A stretch of DNA of 64,000 nucleotides from Eledone cirrhosa (lineage: Eukaryota): NCBI GenBank assembly GCA_964016885.1, contig OZ024740.1, positions 236,964,001-237,028,000 of the forward strand, read 5' to 3'. Shown here one piece after another: positions 49,006 to 63,194 of the stretch. Both the position numbers and the translations under genes were made by a program. Position 1 is the first letter of the stretch. Every line of letters starts with the position of its first letter. The notes under the pieces were generated by a model. It did not search any database. It worked only from the letters and a program-made list of their open reading frames with translations, and was not told the origin of the DNA.

Positions 49006-49229
49006 TCTCATGGAGTATATAGTGTTGAAATATCCTATTATCAAGACTAGCACGGGCAAAGATTGTGTGGCATATAACTTCAGAATATTTTTGTGGTTTA
49101 ACAGTCAGTGACTCCCACAAACATTACTTAAGGTTTCTTAGACACATGTTCTCCATATTGCCAGAGGAAACCAAAGAATAGATGTATTTGCATATTTAAG
49201 AAACTCTGAGAATATCCATGTCTTATGAG

Positions 49230-49480
49230 GTTTAGTTTTATGAGGTCGTCTTCATCCCAAGTTTTTCTGGGTCTACCTTTTCCTTGGATCCCACCCATTA
49301 CTGTTTCACTGCATTTTTTTATGCCGCTGCTATCGTCTATACCAACAGTCTTTTCTCTTGCACACTACATCCAATTCCTCTTACGCCAAGTTTTTCTCTC
49401 AGTTCACTTATGCTATGTCATTCATGCAAACTAACATTACACATTCATTGGAACATACTCACTTCATTTCTTTCTAGTTT
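49230..49480 (-). mobile_element. Degenerate RTE C-terminal fragment
   Basis: Nucleotide similarity to 19320-19570. Confidence 0.6.
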
Positions 49481-49549
49481 CGAGTTGAAATGGCCAGAGC
49501 TGAGCCGTCGGAGTCCTGACTCTTTTCCTATATATATATATATATATAT

Positions 49550-49600
<51 letters not shown>

Positions 49601-52600
49601 AGAGAGATGTTGTATCAAGCATTATGAATTATTTTTAGTCTACAAACTAAGCATCTCACTTTGTGCTAGAATCTTCCCATAGGATATATTTTGAAGATAA
49701 TTGTGCACGTTATCAACGTTTTATGCTTTAGATAACATATATTCTTTTCTTTTAATATTCAGAATATATAAAGAAGAACAATTCCAATGGAAACATGTCT
49801 GAACAGTTTCTCCCATTGTATCTATCATTAAAGAACATTTTACATAAAAAAATCAATAGTCTATAAAAATCTTAACAGTAAATGGAATTATATGCTACAG
49901 CCAAGCAAGTAGTCAAATGATTCTTCTTTTATCAATGATGGATATCTAGATGCCAACATACTAATTCTTCAGCAGTTCACTATGTTTATGAAGATACAGG
50001 CTTTAGACAAAAATCAAAATCAAGTTAGTGTGATTCCTAAAATCCCTAAAGACTAAATTTCTTGATAAATTATAGCAAGTATTGTCTCTACTTCCAATTA
50101 ATGCTCCTGTCTTACTAGAAAAATACCAATGATAAATGTTTCTATCTGTAGTAAACAAGATTAATGAATCAGTGTAAAAGGAAACAGGATTCGGTTTTGA
50201 TTAAAGAGAAGACTTAACTATTCAGTTTTGTCTAATTCAACAGGCTATATGTCACAAAACTTTACAAGAAACTTTAATAATTTTAATCCTTTTATAGTGT
50301 CTCAGAATTGAAGAAACATTTTCTATTAGACAATTGACAAGAGATAATCAAATGAAAAGGATGTACTTCTGATTGCAATACTTGGCATGTGTTACTTCAA
50401 TTGTCAGATTGAGTTTAGGTAGAGACGAAAATGTTGAATATGAATAAATCTCTTTCAGACTTCATATTGAAATGAGAATTAGCTGAAGCAGTGACACAAC
50501 TAGAATATAATATCGTGATATACATTAAAAATTCATCCACACACACACACAGTGACAACAGCTGCAAATATAGTGTAGCATAAAGAGAGAGAGAAAAATC
50601 AATTTCTTGTTAAGTGAACATTTTACATATCACAAAAGTTTCTAAAGAAATCAATGACATTAAAAATATTATGTATCCCACATTTCCTAATGAAACTAAA
50701 AATATATAAGATAGAATTCAAGTAATATATTTTATTTCAGTCAAAACAAATTATAAATATTTATCCATGACTTCTGAATAAGTGTTCACAACATTAACTC
50801 CTTACTACTTTCAAAAAACAAATCTTACTGTGATGAGTGTAAAGTAAGAAAACATGGCAATTATTTGTGACATTTAAAATCTGTGAGTAATATAGATAGG
50901 ACAGTGCTAATATATAATTTCTCTTGAGATAGCTGCGAAAAAATATCAAGTGAAAACAGGACAAAATAACTTAAAAAGGAGAAAAGTGAAAGTAAAACTA
51001 TAAATTGCCAATTTATACATCCAATAAGCACATGACTTGCAAATCCTTTACTCAAGTTAAATTACAATAATATTTTCATTTCTGTCATATATTAGCTTCT
51101 TGGGAGGATTAAATTATTATAGTTTTGTGTATATTTATTTCATCTAAAAGCCCTCCAATAATTATTGCAACTGTAAGTCTTTTAATAATCATAACAGCAT
51201 AATAACAGTGATTTCTTAACAAGAGACAAAATATATTTATAGGAAAGAGTAAATGAAAAGTCTATGGTTATTGCTAAATAAGTGAACCAGTTCCAACCGA
51301 GAATGAAGCATAAATTGTGAACTCTTTCTGCTGCAAATGTATCCCCAACCCTATCACCTTCCATTGAGTAAAAGAAAATGATAAACTAACACTGGGTGGT
51401 GCTCAAGCATGGCTGGTGCTACCATAGATCACACCAACTAGAGAACCTAAATCTGCACTTGGAATGTAATAGCTTATGAAAAATTCCTCCTATTATTGTA
51501 TTATTTTAGAATATCAGCATTTACACTATATGCGATATATTCTTGCATCATATTTAAATCTCTTGCTCTGTATATGAGATATAGACATTTCTTTCAAGAA
51601 CCAAAGATTAATACTAACCCATAGGGATGTACAGTTTTGACTCCTTTATATGAAATATTGAATCCAAAATAAATTACATATAAATAAGCCTTTTCAATTT
51701 CTAACCAGAGCTAAGTTATATTTTCTCCTTATTTCTTCGCAATGGTTTTTGCTCCTCTTAGGTTGCTTACTTCAAGCTTCCCAATTTTAACATATCATCT
51801 TAACTATTCCAACTTCAACTGTTGATTCCAACCTCTCCAACATCTTTCATCTTTTACTCTCCACCTAGTAATGAGATCTCCAAACTTCTTTAGAGATGCC
51901 CACAGCATCTCTGGATACAAGTGTGGGTGTTTGTGCAACAGACTGCTGTATGGCTATACTTGTTTCTGTATGGCTCTGCTGCAAAAGCCACATGCATATG
52001 TACTAGGCAGAGGGCTCCATGGGCACTCATTTATTGATTGTGTTGATGTTAACCTAATATCAAATCAAATCAGATCAAAGCATTCCAGCTGTAACCATCC
52101 TGTATTTTCCCTATATGCAAGACCACATTATCCAATGTGTTCTATTCTAAAATTGTAGAGCAGGATTTGAAAGAGATTTGGTTGAAATTTCCAGCAGTTT
52201 GAGCAAGCATGTAGATGCTTCAACCATGCTGGGCCCACTGGTAGTTGTTAGTGTGGTTGGGTACAGTGCCCACATAACATCTGAGATCTTTCAATTTTCA
52301 TCTGACAGCTATATTAAACACATTAGCCAATTATTCATCAATACAACTACATTTCTCTAAAACTTCTCTTCTTTGTTCACATCTTCAAATTATATATTAT
52401 TAACACAATTTGAACTCGTCAGAATTTCACAAAGTGAAAGTATATTTAATATTTATAAATTAATAATACACTTCAAACACAGATTACTCTGAAAATAATG
52501 ATACTTTAGTTAAACCCCAAATATTTGCTACATGATAACTTATTGGCTCATACTTCAAATGGAATTGTAGTCATCACATAACTTGAGAGTAGTGAACCAC

Positions 52601-54599
52601 CACCACTACTTCTGGGTATAGATCTAACAAAATTTAATAACATAAAACAACACAAATTTTATGTGTTAGAAAAAAAAACTCCATTTTTATATTTCAAAAA
52701 TGGCAGCTTAAGAGTGACAAAAATATATTCACTTCCGAGTTAGTTTCCTCAATTAATCATTTTATGAAACGATTTTATTCTGAAATATAAGGGCCAATAA
52801 ACAACTGAAAGGTAACATCCCAACACCTTTGTTATCATATTTTTAACAACTAATACCCAATTCACATTGTAGTAGTCTTCAAATAAAACACTACTTTCTA
52901 CACTTTATACAATGCTTCTAGCAAGCTACAACACCATCATAAAAAGTATATTGTTTCCCTTGTGGCCTGCCAACACTATTTAGGGTTTAAACCCCACTCC
53001 TTCCTTCATCATAATCATTTTCAAAACAAGAGTAAATATGTTTTAAGTATATTAATATTTTATAAACATTAAATGTACTTCCGCATAATGAAATATTTTG
53101 TTATAATGCTGTACAATACATATTCCATTTAATTTTGTATAATCAATAACTATAATAACTATATTCACCTATCTACCTCATTCCACCACTATTACTTCTA
53201 CATCGATCATCCTAACCAATACTATAACTACAACCACTACAACAATTTCAACTGCTACCACCGCCACAATTATTACGAACACCATCTCAACCACCACCGT
53301 CACTACTAACTCCTGCATCACTTTTTCTGTTGCACAAAATCCTATAATATGAAAGGCATTCATTCTTAAGCAAGCCTTGTGAAAAAACAAATTAAATTTC
53401 TACATATTAAATGTAAATTTCAACATTCCTTAAACAGTAAATAACAGTACCATCTGGTGCTCATTTCCTCTCAACCTCCTCTATCTAGTTATATTCTATA
53501 AACCAGAAGTTCAGATCTTCTATAAAGTTTCTTTCATTTAAATCATTATAACCTTTCTAGAAGAAGAGTAAATCATATCTGAGCATGTAACATTATAGAA
53601 AACAATATATGAGAACTTTGAAATGGCAGCTGCAAGTATTTTGTGGGCAAATTTTACTTTTATTGATCCAAAGAACACAGTAAAGTTTTCAAACTATTCT
53701 ATACGAATAGAATATATGTAAAAGTCCACAAAATTACAAAATATTGCATGCTATAAAGTAGGTACCTCTTTGGTAGGATGCATATAATCATATTTCAAAA
53801 GTAGTCTTTAGAAATGGTGTGTATCTTTTAAGTGTGGATAACAAAGCAGTTTAAACTGTTGATAGAGATCTAAAACTGATATTATATAAATGGAAGCAAT
53901 TCTCACGAACCTCATTTTTTATAACTAAAAAGTTGTTTGTTATTTTTTTACCTTTTTGTCCTTGCTGAGAAATGTTTCATAAGAAATTGTTGAAAAATCT
54001 ATCTTTAACAAGCATCCCCTTAAAACAATAGATTATTTTATTATGTTTTTATGTTTCTTTAACTTTTTCAAATGAAAGCTTACATTACTGTAAAATCCAT
54101 ATTTTATTGTGTTGGTCTAACAAGAGTATCATGTTATCTTTATCACAGAAGAAAGTATGTGAAAATATTGATTTATTGCTTAGACATGGAGGCTATGTAT
54201 TTATAAGGGAAAGGAATGAGGTTGAATAAAAATTTATGAGTTCCTCAATGTCATTAACAGCAGAAGTAATTGGATTTTATATGCCTGGTTCTACTCACTG
54301 GATGCTGGCCTATTGTTCTATATCATTATAATTATGGTGATTACTAATTACTTTCAACTGAAAGGTGTATTAATAACTTAGGATTGTAAAAAAAGGTGTT
54401 CATACAATCACCTAAAGTAGGAAAGAAAAAAATATTTAAAGCCTTCATTAAAAGTGACTTCCCCCATGACTCAAAAAAGATTACGATATGTTCAGTAACA
54501 TCCATATTGACATAAATACACAGTTGAAACAGCTGTGTAGTTAACATGCTAGAACAGCTATCACCCTAATCCTACGAGTTCAAAATAGATAATATTGAT

Positions 54600-54785
54600 T
54601 TTTAATTTAGGCACAAGGCTAATTTAGGGGAAGAATGAAGCAGATTAAATCAACCCTAGTACTTGACTGGTACTTCATTTTATTGACCCTGGAAAGATGA
54701 AAGACAAAGTTAACCATAGCAGGTCTTGAACACAGAATGTAAAAAGCCAGAACAAATAGCAATTCTGCCAATCCACTAGCCCCCT
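54600..54785 (-). mobile_element. Degenerate family-A-related SINE (others at about 55368-55600 +)
   Basis: ggcacaaggc...ctggtacttcattttattgaccctggaaagatgaaagacaaagttaacc. Confidence 0.65.
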
Positions 54786-55121
54786 AGACAATATTGATAA
54801 CATTTCTAGTGAAGTAGATAGTAACATAATATTTTAGTGAAATAGGTGGCAACATAAAATGAATGCCAGATGCTGCTGGCTCATTCTCTATCTCCATGAC
54901 TACTGCCCTGACCCAACACTTATCCCCCTCTGCTCACTTTCCTGAAATTATCATTGAACTCCCACCTCTTTGACCAACAATGTTATGCACTCCCAAAGCT
55001 GTCAGATGTCACTCACTCATCTTAAGGCCAGCCCTCACAAGCAACAGGTAGCCTACTTACTGTAAAACAGTAATGATGATGACACCTGTAGTTAGAGGGG
55101 GAAAAAAAATCAATTACTCAC

Positions 55122-55165
55122 CGATTGATTTTGATTAAGGAAAGCAAAGGAGATAACTCCTCTAG
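55122..55165 (-). CDS. Candidate 44-nt internal coding exon of an unidentified gene (LEELSPLLSLIKIN(R))
   Basis: cagcttttag|CTAGAG...AATCG|gtgagt with a consensus donor; ends in phase 2, matching the next candidate exon. Confidence 0.45.
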
Positions 55166-58100
55166 CTAAAAGCTGTTAAGGTTTTAGTCCTACTTCATTA
55201 AAAATGGTGTCCAATTGTAAAAATATTTGCTTTAATAAAGAATATTTACCAAAAATTACATAAGCAAATATCTAATCAAAGGTTACAAGGCACTCTTGAA
55301 ATAAATAATTGTAGAGGGAGTATAATAGTTCAGTTCTGGATTAAAAATTAAAAATAGCCTATCATAGGCGCCAAATTGGCAAAGTCATTACAGCAAAGCA
55401 CAAAATGCCCTACAGTATTAGTTTCTGTTCTCTGCAATCGGAATTCAAATTCCACTGAGGTCAACTTTACTTTTCAACCTTTTAGGCTTAATAAAATAAT
55501 GTAAGAGTCTAGAGTGGTGTATTGGCAGAATTATTTGAGCATCAGACAAGATGCTTTGCATCATTTGTTCTGGCTTTTTGCATACTGAATTTCAATCCTA
55601 TTGTGGCCTATTTAGGTCGTAGACATAATCCATCTGCTGAGTGCCTTTAGTAGAGTTGAGTCTGTTGCAAGCATTCAAACCAGGTCTCCAGTCTGAGGAC
55701 ACCTTCCTTCTACTTTCCCATTAGACTCAAGGGCCTTGAAAATGGTTATGGACACAACTCTTCCCTCTGATTAATTAGCAAAAATAATTTCCAACAGCAT
55801 GTGTAAATGCAAAAAAGTAATCAGTGTTAAGATATAGATTCGTGTAGAGTGTTACAAATTGTTAACATGGCCTTAAAATCCAATTTAAAACAAAAGACTT
55901 GACAGTTATAGATTACATAGACGTTGAAAAATGGTATTTGTTTTAAAATGTATCTATGCTAAGGTTAATGGAAAATTTAGAAGGTAAAGATAAGATTATG
56001 GCACAAAATCTGTTATTGAACTAAATCTTTGCTTGAAAAAAAACTAAATCTGTATTTAAATAAACTAAATGTATTTGGATAAAATTTAAAAAAAAACACC
56101 AGCAAAAAGTCCATCCATTACAAGCTCTAACTACCTCTGACACTGACAAATCAGGATAAAATATTAGAAAATAGTTACCACTTAAACAGAGCCTCTAAAT
56201 GATCATTCAACCTCTTAAAGTATACAGTCAAATGTTCTTCAAATCAGGCATAATAGTTTAAAAAAAAGAAGGATCTAATGGACAATGCAGTCATTGGTAT
56301 ACAAAAAGATGAGATGGTTAAGTTTGGAACACTTCTGATTATAAGTCTGCTTCATCAAGGTTGACCTAGAGCTAAACAAAAATAGCAAAATCTAATATCT
56401 AAAGATTTCCCAATTTGGTTATAATGTTGTATAACATAACTAATCTATGAGGTGACATATTGTTGAAAGTGAGGTTTTTACATCTACACTCTAATCCTTA
56501 TAGCTGGCTGGTCCTGTGCCCTCTCTTCCTTTCATCATCCTTATAAAGTCTAACATGCAGACACTGTACAACCACTATACCCAATTTTTCCTCCTCAGAA
56601 TATCAACCATCTGGATTTCCCTCCCTGTCCATATTTTTTTCTGCAGTAAACCATGAACTACATCAGTCTCATCTCTTTAGGAAGGTTTGCAAAGGACATG
56701 AGCACAAACCGTTTGTTGAAACCAAATTATTAAAAAAAAAGAAAAGAAAACAAGAAAACAAGTTAATTGGTTCTAATAGACAACAAGCTATTATTTTCAA
56801 GTTTAAAATGTATGTTTAGAATATTTTATATCAACACTGTTTTGACAAGTAGTTTGTTATCTGATCCTCATCAGGTATCATACTCTTGAATATTAAAATA
56901 TCCCAGTTAGGATTTGAACATTCAATTCTAAACCAATAGCAGTAACATCTTTGATTATCACCATTTGGTGATAATCAAAGGTTAAATTCATCAAATGTAG
57001 TGTAAACAAGCACTCTATAAAAACAAGTATCATCATAGCAAAATAAATAACCTCAAAACTTTATACTTTTTAAGAATATCTCATTATGTAGATTGAAAAT
57101 CATCATCATCATGACATCAATAAATATTTGGTGATAGCTAAGATAAACTAACAGATTGGTTGTGACATTTGAAACCTCTTATTTGCAATGTCTTCATTTT
57201 CTGGCAGAAAGAATCATCTGTCTAACAAGGTCTAACAGCATCCCAAGCATTTACCAGGAATAGTGATACAAATAGACCAGAAGACCCATTCTTCCCTGCT
57301 ACAATAATAAGCTATAAGTGTTGTATAACATTATAATATAAGCAGGAAATATAAAATAAAGGCTTGCTAGCTTCATTTCCCAGATGAATGATTCTTGAAA
57401 TAAAATTTGATCTTATACTTAGATATCTGGAATATTGTTTGTATGCAGCTGATAATGGATTCTTTCTTCAATCCATTTGTATCTCAAGTCTTATTTTTGA
57501 GATATTTTGTTCTATTGTGAAACCTTGCATTCAAAGTTCTATAAATAGAGAATTTATATTGTAAATTCCCAGATTGCTTTAAGGGAGATACATGCTGTTA
57601 CTGACTAATTTCTTCTCATGAATCCGATTGTCACTTCTATTTCTTTCTCTCTATTTTATTTCTCCATGTGTGTATGTGTGTACATATACATATTTACACA
57701 TACATGCATATTTATATATATAAATATTTACAAGCATACACCACAGAGATGTACATACATAACCTCATACACAGATGAGCCATTTTCCCTTTAAATGTTT
57801 CCAGTTATATCTACATTAACTAGAGTTTCTTTGTGATTCAGTTGAAATAGAGTCAGTTTTTTACTCTGCTAGGAATTCATTTTAGCAAATATAAGTGAAT
57901 TAATATAGGCACAGCCATGGTTCTGTGGCTAAGAAATCTACTTTGTAACCATGTGGTTTCAGGTTCCATCCCACCTTAAGCAAGTCTCTTCTGCTATAGC
58001 TTTGGGCTGACCAATACTTTGTGAGTGAAATGTGAAGTTTATATATATATACATATATATATATATGTATGTTTGTTGCCATGTGTCTACACATTGTCAC

Positions 58101-58436
58101 ACTTAAGCAGCTAGTGATAGTTGCTTAAGTTCCACATAAATAAAATGCCCAACTGCTCAACAGTTGAACATGTGAAGAGTAGCAACAAATAAGTACCTTA
58201 CTTAAAAACAAATAAAAATTGACATCAAGAAAGGCATCTGGTAATAGAATACTGTCACAAGAACTCTCATCCAGCCCATGACAGCATGAAAAAAGCAGAT
58301 TGTTAAATGGTAATGATATATATTACAAAGAAAATATTATATAGGATTGAAGAGATATTGTAAGATAAAATTAAATGTTACAAAATATCACATATTGTAG
58401 ATATAGTATTACACATCACACAGGATATATATCATA

Positions 58437-59021
58437 TGGCAACACGACAAAAAGCATCTGGCCCACACTGTAAAGTGGTTGTAATGGCAACACAACAAAA
58501 AGTTCCCAGCCCACACTGTAAAGTGGTTGTGATGGCAACACGACAAAAAGTTCCCAGCCCACACTGTAAAGTGGTTGTGATGGCAATACTACAAAAAGAG
58601 CCCAGCCCACACTGCAAAGTGGTCGTGATGGGAACACAACAAAAAGTGCCCAGGAAATACTGTAAAGTGGTCGTGATGGCAACATGACAAAAAGTGCCCA
58701 GCCCACACTGTAAAGTGGTCGTGATGACAACACAACAAAAAGTGCCCAGCCCACACTGTAAAGTGGTCGTGATGGTGTCACAAAAAAAAAAAAGCACTCA
58801 GTCGACACTTTAAAGTGGTCATGTAGGCATCATGACAAAAAGCACCCAGTACTCACTGTAAATGTGATTGGCATTAGGAAGGGCATCCAGCTGTAGAAAC
58901 CAAGCCAAAATCAGTTCTGTATGAGCAAGGCATGGTCACACGATTTAGCATTGCCTACAACAGGACAACTCGTCTAACCCATGCTAGTGTGGAAAAATGG
59001 ACATAAAATGATGATGATGAT
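58437..59021 (+). mobile_element. RTE-type 3'UTR/tail with a 48-bp unit expanded about 8-9 times
   Basis: Unit aaaagtgcccagcccacactgtaaagtggtcgtgatggcaacacaaca, then aggaagggcatccagctgtagaaa...catgctagtgtggaaaaatggacataaaatgatgatg. Confidence 0.85.
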
Positions 59022-60024
59022 TAAATAGGTATGAATGAAGATTGAATAAGGAGATATTCTTTCATTCATTTATGTGAGGTCATCATGATACTTCATAAGA
59101 GACTGTTATACCAAATATTTATAAAGAATGAGGATATAAAGCTTTTTTTTTATTTCATAATAAATATGAGTGGTATATTGCAGAGTAATTATTATAAGTA
59201 TAAACAGTGGGAACAAACCTGAAACCATGTGGTTGTGAAGCAAACTTCTTAACCACACAGACTGACAATAAACAATCATATCTCAAATGAAGGGAAATTG
59301 ACTGCAAAAAACTGTAACACTTAGAACTAGAAACTGACCACAACAATTTGTAGTATCTAGAGTGACAGAAACAGACTCACTATTTGTAGTACCTAGAGTG
59401 ATTAGAAATTGACCATAAGCAGATGTAGTATCTAGACAGATAAAATATCATTTAAAGACTCAGCTAAATTCAACCATTCCCAAAGAAATAAGACAAGACA
59501 GGTTGAATAGCTGACTTAGAATAGTGTAAGTTATATTCATCCAACAATGATACATATGTTCAGGATGAATAAATAACCTCTCCACATTGTGATATGACAC
59601 AAGGAAGCATTTCAACAGTATGTGTGTAAGAGAAAGGGGAGGGTTAGAGGAATCTGGCAGAGGAGAAATGTGTTCAGAGATGCAAGTAAAAAACATCACA
59701 GGTTCAAAGGAAGTGATGGTTAAATGTAATTTTGCTATACATTTGAAAAAAGAATATTTTGTGTGTACTATAACATCAGTAACTTTTTCATTTTTTTTTT
59801 TTTTTTACATATTATAAATGAATATCTCAAAATCTATTTTTTGCTTTTCTTTCGAAAGAGATATATAGTATGAAATCTGTTATTTCAAACCAAGATGTTA
59901 TAAATTAACATAGGAGTGTTCTGGTCACTAAGTTAATGCAGTTAGTAATAGTGAATTATCATTTCTTATAAAAGCTAATAATATAGTTTCTCAGCCAAGA
60001 TGGTAAAATAAGCGACACGCTCAC

Positions 60025-60370
60025 AAATGACAATATAGCTGCCAAGGAAATAGAGAAACTATCTAAATATAAATATCTAGAGATAAAAATAACCTGAATG
60101 TGGATGATGAAAACAGAAACAATACCTATAATAATAGGTGCTCTGGGAATAATAATATAAACAGACAGAGAGATACATAACCAAAACCCTAGAACTTAAA
60201 AATGTATACATCATACAGAAAATAGCACTACTGGAAACAGCACACATATTACAAAGTATACTCTGAATACAAAGGAAACAACACCACCAAAAACTATGCT
60301 GCATATAAACAAGATGCACAGAGCTGTACTCAGTAATGAAGTGATGACACAATAAAAATAAGACTAAAAA
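60025..60370 (+). mobile_element. R4/Dong-like LINE 3' fragment
   Basis: NDNIAAKEIEKLSKYKYLEIKI..MWMMKTETIPIIIGALGII...IQKIALLETAHIL (end of a REL endonuclease) plus 3'UTR. Confidence 0.8.
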
Positions 60371-60374
60371 TATA

Positions 60375-60966
60375 ATAATAATTGTTTCTACTTTTGGCAC
60401 AAGGCCAGCAATTACCCAGTGTATTACTGGTACTTTATTTTATCAACCCCGTAAGGATGAAAGGCAAAGTTAACCTCGGCGGGATTTGAACTCAGAATGG
60501 CAAGGGCCGTAACTCTATGCGTCAAAAAATATAATAATTGTTTCTACTTTTGGCACAAGGCCAGCAATTACCCAGTTCATGACTGGTACTTTATTTTATC
60601 GACAACCAAAAAAAATCTGGTAAAATTATATAATTGTAAAAAATTATTGATATTTAAACATCTACTGACAAAATTTCAAGCCTGCACATAGAAAATTAAG
60701 AAAATGACAAACAAATAAATTTGATAACCCTCTTGAGTATGATTAACTCAAAATAATTGGTTTTGGCACAAGGCCAACAATTTTTGGATAGAGGAAAATC
60801 AATTAAATCAACCTCAGTGCATTACTGGAACTTTATTTTATTGACCCTCCATAAGAATGGAAGACAAAGCTAATGTGGTGGGATTTGAAATCAGAATGTA
60901 AAGGGTCATAACTATGCTGTAAAGCATGTTGCCTGGCACTCTACTGATACTGCCAATCCACCACCC
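60375..60966 (-). mobile_element. Three family-A SINE copies (60375-60523, 60533-60603, 60752-60966)
   Basis: Repeated aattgtttctacttttggcacaaggccagc start on the plus strand. Confidence 0.85.
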
Positions 60967-60984
60967 TAATAACAATAACAACTA

Positions 60985-61735
60985 TTATTTCTTTATTAGC
61001 CACTAGGGCCAAAAGAAAAGACAATATAAAAATAGGGACAGTGGGGATTTACATAAAATGTGTAAAAAAAATTAACAGGTAACAATTAACAATTAATAAC
61101 AATAAAATTTCCCAATAGGGAAGTACCACCCAGGGGTAACTTAGGAACCACACAGATCCTAAACCACTTTCTTCTCTAAACTCTCCAGTATACAGGCACC
61201 TGGTGAGAGTAGTTCATTCACTTGGGCCATCCTCGCTACATTCACCTACCTTTTAACAAATGTACTGTGGGAGCAGCACTTCCCTCTCTACCCTCACCTT
61301 TCTTTCCAAGTAGAACTTGAAAAAGTTGATGAGGGCTTGGCCAAATAGGAAAGTGGCAATAATAATCATAATAATAATTTACAGGCCCATTCACTCAGAC
61401 CACACTCACCACTCTCACCCACCTTTCAACAAATTGGTTGGAAGGTAGCACTTCTAGCTCCACTCTGATTTTTCTCTTCAAGTGAGACTTGAAAACATTA
61501 ATCAAGGCTTCGCAGAAGAGGAAAGTACTGTCTTCAACCCTTTCAAACATGTCCACCACATCACCTCTATCGCCATGGTCACCAGGCAGATTAAACTGCC
61601 TGTCCTTCCCAGCTAAAAGAAGAGGGTGGGGTGATCTTCACAATGGACCAAGATTGATAGCTGGATATTCGTTCTACACATGACAGTAGATGTTTGACAT
61701 AAACCCACATGTTAACAATACTTGGACACTTGACT
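60985..61735 (-). mobile_element. Two Tx1-like 3' fragments (about 60985-61355 and 61380-61735)
   Basis: Similar to 1030-1850 and 62762-63192; separated by (aat)n. Confidence 0.65.
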
Positions 61736-61749
61736 CATAATAATAATAA

Positions 61750-61940
61750 TAATAATTGTTTCTACTTTTGGCACAAGGCCAGCAATTACACAGTGCATTA
61801 CTGGTACTTTATTTTATTGACCCTGTAAGGATGAAAGGCAAAGTGAACCTCGGCGGGATTTGAACTCAAACCGTAGAGGGACGTAACTATGCTGGAAAGC
61901 ATGGCGTCCGACTCTCTACCGATACTGCCAATCCACCGTC
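61750..61940 (-). mobile_element. SINE family A
   Basis: Near full length, preceded by (taa)n. Confidence 0.9.
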
Positions 61941-61944
61941 AATA

Positions 61945-62378
61945 ATATGCCAATACATACAGGTAGAGAGATCAAAGTCAACTGACCAGATATTATAGTC
62001 AAAGACCACAAAGAAAAAAATGCCTTCTAATAGTCCCACAGACGACAATATACCTTCCAAGGAAATAGAGAAACTCTACAAATATAAAGATCTAGAGATA
62101 AAATAACTCGAATGTGGAAAATGAAGCCAGAAACAATAGCTATAATGATAGCTGCTCTGAGAATGATAAAAAACCCACAGACAAATACATAACCAAAACC
62201 CCAGGAGTTACAAATATATACAGCATAGAAAAAAATAGTACTACTAGGCACTGCAAACATATCATGAAAAATATTATCAATACAGTAGAAACACCACCAG
62301 CAAAAACTATACTGCTCATACCCAAGGTGCACAGAGCTGTACTCAGTAAAGCAGTAATGATGTGCAATAAAAAAAAAA
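61945..62378 (+). mobile_element. R4/Dong-like LINE 3' fragment
   Basis: PIHTGREIKVN*PDIIVKDHKEK..PTDDNIPSKEIEKLYKYKDLEI, the REL motif (RPD..D..P..K..KY..L). Confidence 0.85.
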
Positions 62379-62740
62379 TAATTGTTTCTACTTTTTTGGT
62401 ACAAGGCCAGCAATTAGGCCAGTGCATTACTGGTGCTTTATTTTATCGACTCCGTAAGGATGAAAGGCAAAGTTAACCATGGCGAAATTTGAACTCAGAA
62501 CATAAAGGGCCAGAACTCAATGCTGCAAAGCATGGTGTCTGATGCTCTACCGATACGGCCACTCCACCAATAATAATAATAATTGTTTCTACTTTAGGCA
62601 CAAGGCCAGCAATTACGCCAGTGCATTACTGGTACTTTATTTTATCGATCGGCGGGATTTGAACTCAGACTGTAAAGGGACGTAACTATGCTAGAAAGCA
62701 TCGCGTCCAACCCTCTATTGATACTACTAATTCACCGCCC
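62378..62740 (-). mobile_element. Two tandem family-A SINEs (62378-62568, 62578-62740)
   Basis: Separated by (aat)n; the second has an internal deletion. Confidence 0.9.
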
Positions 62741-62761
62741 TAATAATAATAATAATGATGT

Positions 62762-63192
62762 CATTTATTAGCCACAAGAGCCAACATGTAGGGGACAATA
62801 CAAAGGCACAGACAGTGGGAGTTTACAATAAGCTTGAGTAAAAGTTCACAATGGCAAGACCAATTTAACAATGAAAATATAAAATAAAGTATGCATAAAT
62901 ATAACAAAATAAATTCCCCAAGGGTGACTCAGGTACCCCACCAATCCTGAACCACCCTGCGCTTCTAGGGCACCCGGGGAGAGCACCCCTCTCCTCCTCA
63001 AATTAGCCAGCCTATAGGCGTATGGTCAGAGTAGGCCCACTCACACAGGCCATTCTCACCACATTCATCCACCTTTTAACAAATGAACTGGGGGCAGCAC
63101 TTCTCTCTCCACACTCACCTTCCTTTCCAGGTGAAACTTCAAGAAGTTGATAAGGGATTGGCCGAAGAGAAAAGTGTCTGTCTTCAGTCCTT
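62762..63192 (-). mobile_element. Tx1-like 3' fragment
   Basis: Homologous to 60985-61355; minus-strand ...SSFVKRWMNVVRMA C-terminus and an aataaa near the end. Confidence 0.65.
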
Positions 63193-63194
63193 AT

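Noticed and set aside
50829-53998. Additional minus-strand micro-exon candidates near 50829-50880 and 53952-53998
   Set aside because: The frame needed to fit between the two accepted candidates contains stops.
56842-56882. Minus-strand CUGAUGA with a possible decayed hammerhead
   Set aside because: No GAAA and a poor stem II; too many changes are needed.
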